Below, in pieces: positions 58,497 to 64,000 of a stretch of 64,000 nucleotides of DNA. The stretch is from the human T2T-CHM13v2.0 reference genome, Homo sapiens, in contig CP068257.2 of assembly GCA_009914755.4 (NCBI GenBank), forward strand, positions 27,008,001-27,072,000. The letters are read 5' to 3'. A program made the position numbers and the translations under genes. Under the pieces are notes generated by a model. The model saw nothing but the letters and a program-made list of their open reading frames with translations. It was not told where the DNA came from and did not search any database. Every line of letters begins with the position of its first letter. Within the stretch, counting starts at the first letter, position 1.

Positions 58497-61400
58497 GGTG
58501 GGGGAAGGATGATTCCCTGTAGGATCGCTGGCTGGACAGATGGGGAGGGGATGCAATAAGCATTATTATCCTGGTTTTGCAGGTTAAGGCCAGGGAGAGA
58601 ATAAAGCCAACCTCATTAAGCACCAGATGTCAGGCACCACATTGGAAGTCTTGCTTCCTTTTTCTAACATAGTCTTTACAATAATGCTCCATGTTACTGA
58701 CATTGTATTATGAAATAAGAAGCTCATGAGAGGAACTAAGCATCTTTTATCTGCTCATCCTTTATCTATGGATAAAGACAGGCTGAAACCCCAGACTTCT
58801 GTTCCAGTGCTCTATCCATGGGTCCAAGCCAAAGGCAGCACTTCCCTGTGGTAGCTGTTACTGTATTTCATTTCTTACGTTCCACATCCCTTACATTTTA
58901 TCAGCATCCTCTGGAACAGGAAAGAACATTGTTTTTATAGAAGTACATTCGTCCCGTGTAAAATTTATTGGATGCTCTGATTCAGAGTTACAGAAAAAAA
59001 ATTACAGTGTAGTAACACTATATTTAATGAGGTGTTACATATTTTCCATCCTTCTCTTGGCATTTTAGACATTATTCTCTTAGGTCAGGACACCAACATT
59101 TCATGCTGTTTTCGTGGACTTGAAGCTTACTTGACTATGGTTAATGCTAATTAATATTGTGAACCCATACAACATGTCTGCTCATGTCACATTAGCATTG
59201 AAACACTATCCAAACTATTGTTTTGGAAGTTAAGATACTGAAGAAATAAACCCCTTGATATATAAACAGTAGCTTGGAGGTCATGTTTCTAGCACCTTCT
59301 CGTGCCTTGAAAATTAGCTAAGTTAGCTGCATCTTCCTAGAACTGTAGAGGGAAGCCAGAGGTAGTTCAAAATGCTGACTTTCTATAAACTAAGCCCAGC
59401 TGGGGAATATAATTCAGACCACATAGAAAACACTTTTTCCCCATTTTTATCCCTTCTCAGACCTCCTAATGCACTGCTCAAGCAATTAAATCTCCTTATA
59501 CTCATGAGGCATTTCCTAAGTGCCCTGAGACTTCAAACAAAACGCATGGCTGGTTAAAGGTTTGCTTTTTTTACGTCCTGGTAGAAAATTTATATTGGAT
59601 CTGGGACACCATCTGGGTGAGAAACAAGTGATTAGGGTGTTAGCTCTAAACCCCTTGCTTAGCAATTTTACTAAATATTTTCTTCATACCATGATATTCA
59701 GCATGTTCCAGAAGGTTTTGGCAAAAAAAAAAAAAAAAAAAAACTTATTCCCATTATACTAGGGTTATGAAATGCAGGTAGGTTTTGAATGGACACAGAA
59801 GGGAACAAGCGTTTAAAAAAAAGTCAAATTGCTTCAGGTAAGCCTAATTTACCCCTGACTTTCAGCGGTCATTCATAGGAAAACTGTCACCCCTAAGATG
59901 TACTAAAATTACTCTGAAGTAATTTAAAGCCAATTTAAAGCCAATCATTTAAAATAAATGTTGATGACAAAGTATACAAGTTTCAAAATAAAAATGCTGA
60001 ATGTAAACACAACTTAATTTGTCCTGGTCCCTGTACCAGGTGGAGCATGTAAAGGCAGCAAGCACTGATGTTTTCCTGGCTTGGCAAACTGCCTCACTGG
60101 CTTCAAACTGCTTTGGCACTTCTAATTTTACATTCGGAGTAACGGCCTCCTTCCCTCTTCACTGCTGCTATCGTTCGTACTTGCTGGTCTCCCTCTAGGC
60201 ATCTTTGGCTTGAAGTCAACAAAATTACGTGAGGGTGAAAGAAATAGAAACTGCAGTTTTCTCTCCAAGCAGCTTGGTAAATTTTCATTTCTTTTCTTTT
60301 TTCTTGTCCTACCTTGACTTATTCCTACCACTATCATACTACTAGATCAAGGCTCAAAATATTAACAAATATTTTTTAACATTTTACTGAGCCCATTCTC
60401 TCCTATACATTGAAATCTATATGTCTATGGACTTTAAATAACTACAATGAAGAATTTCATTGATTTGAATAATTTTAAGACTCTTTTTTACTACTTTTCT
60501 TTTCTTTATCTACCCAAAGAAAAATCAAGATTTTTAAATAATTTCTTCAGGAGGCTACCTTCCTAACTCATTCATTGATAGAAGGAAAGACTTAGAAATA
60601 GGTTCCCATGTGTTCCTCATGACAGAAATAGAAAACCAACATAATATCTCTTGGCTTCTTCTCTTATTACTTGGTTAATATGTTAGCTGCATAGTACAGC
60701 CTACACAATACTGTACTTGAGAGTGAAGAGTTGGGAGTCAGAAAAATGTCCAACTTCAAAGACTCTGCTGTATTCATTTTCCACCATAATGAATTACCAT
60801 AAACTTAGAGGTTTAAAGCAACCCAAATGTATTATCTGACGGTTCTGTAGGCTAGAAGTCCAACAAGGCTCTCGCTGGGCCAAAATCAAGGTGTCTGCAG
60901 GACTGTGTTCCTTTCTGGAGACTCTAAGGGTAAATCAACGTTCTCGCCTTTTCCAGCTTCCAGAGACTTTCCACATTCCATGACTCATGACTCCCTCCCC
61001 CATCTTCAAAGCCAAATGCAACAAAAATGCAGAGAAATGCAATTCTCTGACCATTCTGTAATTCCATCTTCCTTTCTCTGATCACAATGGGAAAGGTTGT
61101 CTGCTCTTAAGATTAGCTTGAGCCCACTTGGATAATCCAAGATAATTTCTAAATCTTAAAGTCTTTAATATCACATCTTCAAAGTCATTTTTGCCTTGTA
61201 AGGCAACATATTCACACATTCCAAGAATTAGGATGTAGACATCTTTGAAGTGGTCATTATTCTACCTACCACACCACCTATCAGTGCCTCATTCTACACG
61301 GACAAAGTCACAGGTTAATTGTTCTATATTTGACGTAACTCTAAGTTCTCGTAAGAAATCTCAAACCTGTCTCTAAATCTCCTCTGTTTTCATCTAAAGA

Positions 61401-62423
61401 TTTTGTTAGTGTATATCTTTGAGCATTCAGAAGTAGACAGTTGCAACTACAAATTCATTTCATCTGTTCCACAATGGTTTGGTTACATTGAAGGATTATT
61501 TAACGACTCTATAACATCCTAGTTATATTTTCTGAGAAATTTATGGTCCTTATCGGGCCTCAATCAAATGTCATTCATGTCTTATTTCACATGTAGTTAG
61601 AAGGGGAGTGTGTGTAAAATATGGCCATGAGGTGACTCTTGCAGTATCTTTACTCATCTTGGAAACAGAAAAAATGAGCTAGTTTCATAAACTTAATTTC
61701 TTTACCTCTTCAGTTTTCTCTACCTGAAATATTGAGGCTTCTCTTTAACTCATCTTTTAAAGCACAGAATTTCCTAAACTTTTTAAAAATTAAATGACTT
61801 TTCCTGATTTTGCAGTTTTCTTTTCCCTTCATGAACGTTATCACTGCAGAAAAAGCAACGCTTGTACTTTCAAGACTATAAAATAAGCCCAGTTTATAAA
61901 ATTATTATTTGGAGGCTAAATATGGAATTTCAGATACTCACTCTGAACCACAAAAAAACTGAAATTAGCATTATTCTTGGTAGCTGTATTCTCTGCTACT
62001 GTATTTCCTTATTGTTCTATGTACTGTGCTCTACTTTTGAAACTCCCAGTCAGTAGGAAACTGCTCTATGCTCTCAGATAAATATACTCTGGTGAATGAA
62101 ATGTAATGGACCCTTTGAAAAAGTAAATACTTAATGTACACAAAGAAGGTGGAAATGACATTTGGATTCTCTAAAGTCTAGCAGTTCTCAAACTTTCTGG
62201 CCTCAACATCCCTTTACACTCTCAAAAGTGAAGGGCCTCAAAGTTCATGTGGATTGTGTGTACTGATATTTCTAATATTAGAAAATTACATTGAGAATGT
62301 TTAAATATTTATTAGTTTTAAAACGACAGTAAACACATTAAAGGTTAGCACAAACAACATCTTAATGAAAATTTACTATATTTTCCAAATCACAAAACTT
62401 AGAAGAGTTGCACAATTTTAATT

Positions 62424-62817
<394 letters not shown>

Positions 62818-64000
62818 TAAAATGCTCTTCTCAATAAACTATCCTACTATATATATATATAAACACACACACACTGTATCCCTACATAAAGCTGAGGGTT
62901 ACCGAGAATAAGTCAAATGTATTCATTAATGTCAATAATGAATTGGGTGGGAGTGGATTTAGACAGAAAAGAAATAAAAACAAAGGGTATATGTATATCA
63001 AATCATCACACTGTACACCTTGAATATATACAATCTTTATTGTCAATTAAATATTGTTTTAAAAAATAAAGGACCAGAAGCTGAATATAGTTATAGAATG
63101 CAGCAAATGATGAAAACAAAAGTGGGAGCAAAGAACAAGCCTGAGATGATCGGTGTGAACTTGGCTAGGAGGATTCCAGATTGCTGGATCTGCTGCTAAT
63201 TGGGAAGCATGGGTGAAAAAAGCAATTACTTTAAAAACAAGCCCATGGCCAAAAGTTTTCAGGACCCATATTTTCAAAATTCCAGATTCCATGATTTTTA
63301 ATCATGTTTAAATAACATTAATGCATGTTAATATCTTCTTGACACAATGTTTTTATGGTTTAAATAAAATGAGGAACTTTAATGTAGTCAAAAAAAAAAA
63401 CTGTTCTACCATATGAAACTTACATGTGGAAACTTAAAGATCTTTTGAAAATCAGGTTTTATTTTTACTGGTTTCTCCTACTATTAATCCTTTTTTGCCT
63501 CCTGCCAAAGAGTATTCTTTGTCTTCTTCCACTCATTATGTTATTCATGCTTATGTAGTAAATGATTATAATTTATCTTACAATTTCCATTAAGTTGTTC
63601 TTGGATCACAATCCCCAGGGTATGGTTATAATCCCAGGGATGAAAGGAAATGGCAAATAAGATATCATGTGGGCACAGGTTAAACAGGTACAACAATTAA
63701 TTCCAAGCATATGTACAGAAGGATAGCTATGACAGTTGTCAACAATGGTTATGACCAAGGAAAAATAGAAAGTATTATGGTGTGGTTTGAAAGATATTTG
63801 TCCTTAGGAAAGCTATTAACAAAAATAATGCTAGGTAATAGCAAAAAAGGGTGTTAAAAGTAAATCATACAAGTCTGTCATTCTTTATTCAAAACGGATT
63901 CATACCATACCTAGAACACTGTGAGCAACTGTGACCTCTATAAAGGCATAGCCAAACTGGATGAAATCCAAGAAGATTAACTAAAATGCTTAAAAGAATG

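Overview
This window is primate nuclear genomic DNA, almost certainly human or great ape, not a prokaryotic or phage locus. Seven Alu SINEs are present, most with poly-A tails and recognisable target-site duplications. There is one essentially full-length L1 (5'UTR, ORF1, ORF2, 3'UTR, A-rich tail, 12-13 bp TSD) whose ORFs are broken by stops and frameshifts. There are also several truncated L1 3' fragments, at least six MaLR-type (THE1/MST-like) LTR copies, further ancient LTR/MER-type fragments, and GGAA/TTCC and CA microsatellites. The sequence is AT-rich. I see no CpG island, no convincing protein-coding exon, no tRNA or rRNA, and no operon-like gene arrangement. The six-frame ORF track is almost entirely chance ORFs in repeats or low-complexity DNA. 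The only true coding remnants are L1 ORF1p and ORF2p. No defence or novel biological system is encoded, and anything resembling one here would be an artefact. The points most worth a second look are a perfectly identical 258-bp tandem duplication (28563-29078) beside a 300-bp GA-rich polypurine tract, a rearranged young-type L1 3' fragment with an inverted tip (20498-21029), a pair of ~295-bp direct repeats of unknown family (40011-41030), a nested MaLR LTR cluster (50.3-53.3 kb), and a long antisense ORF running out of the L1 5'UTR. Repeat family names were recalled from memory without RepeatMasker. Family-level calls (Alu, L1, MaLR) are solid, while subfamily and MER-type assignments are tentative.
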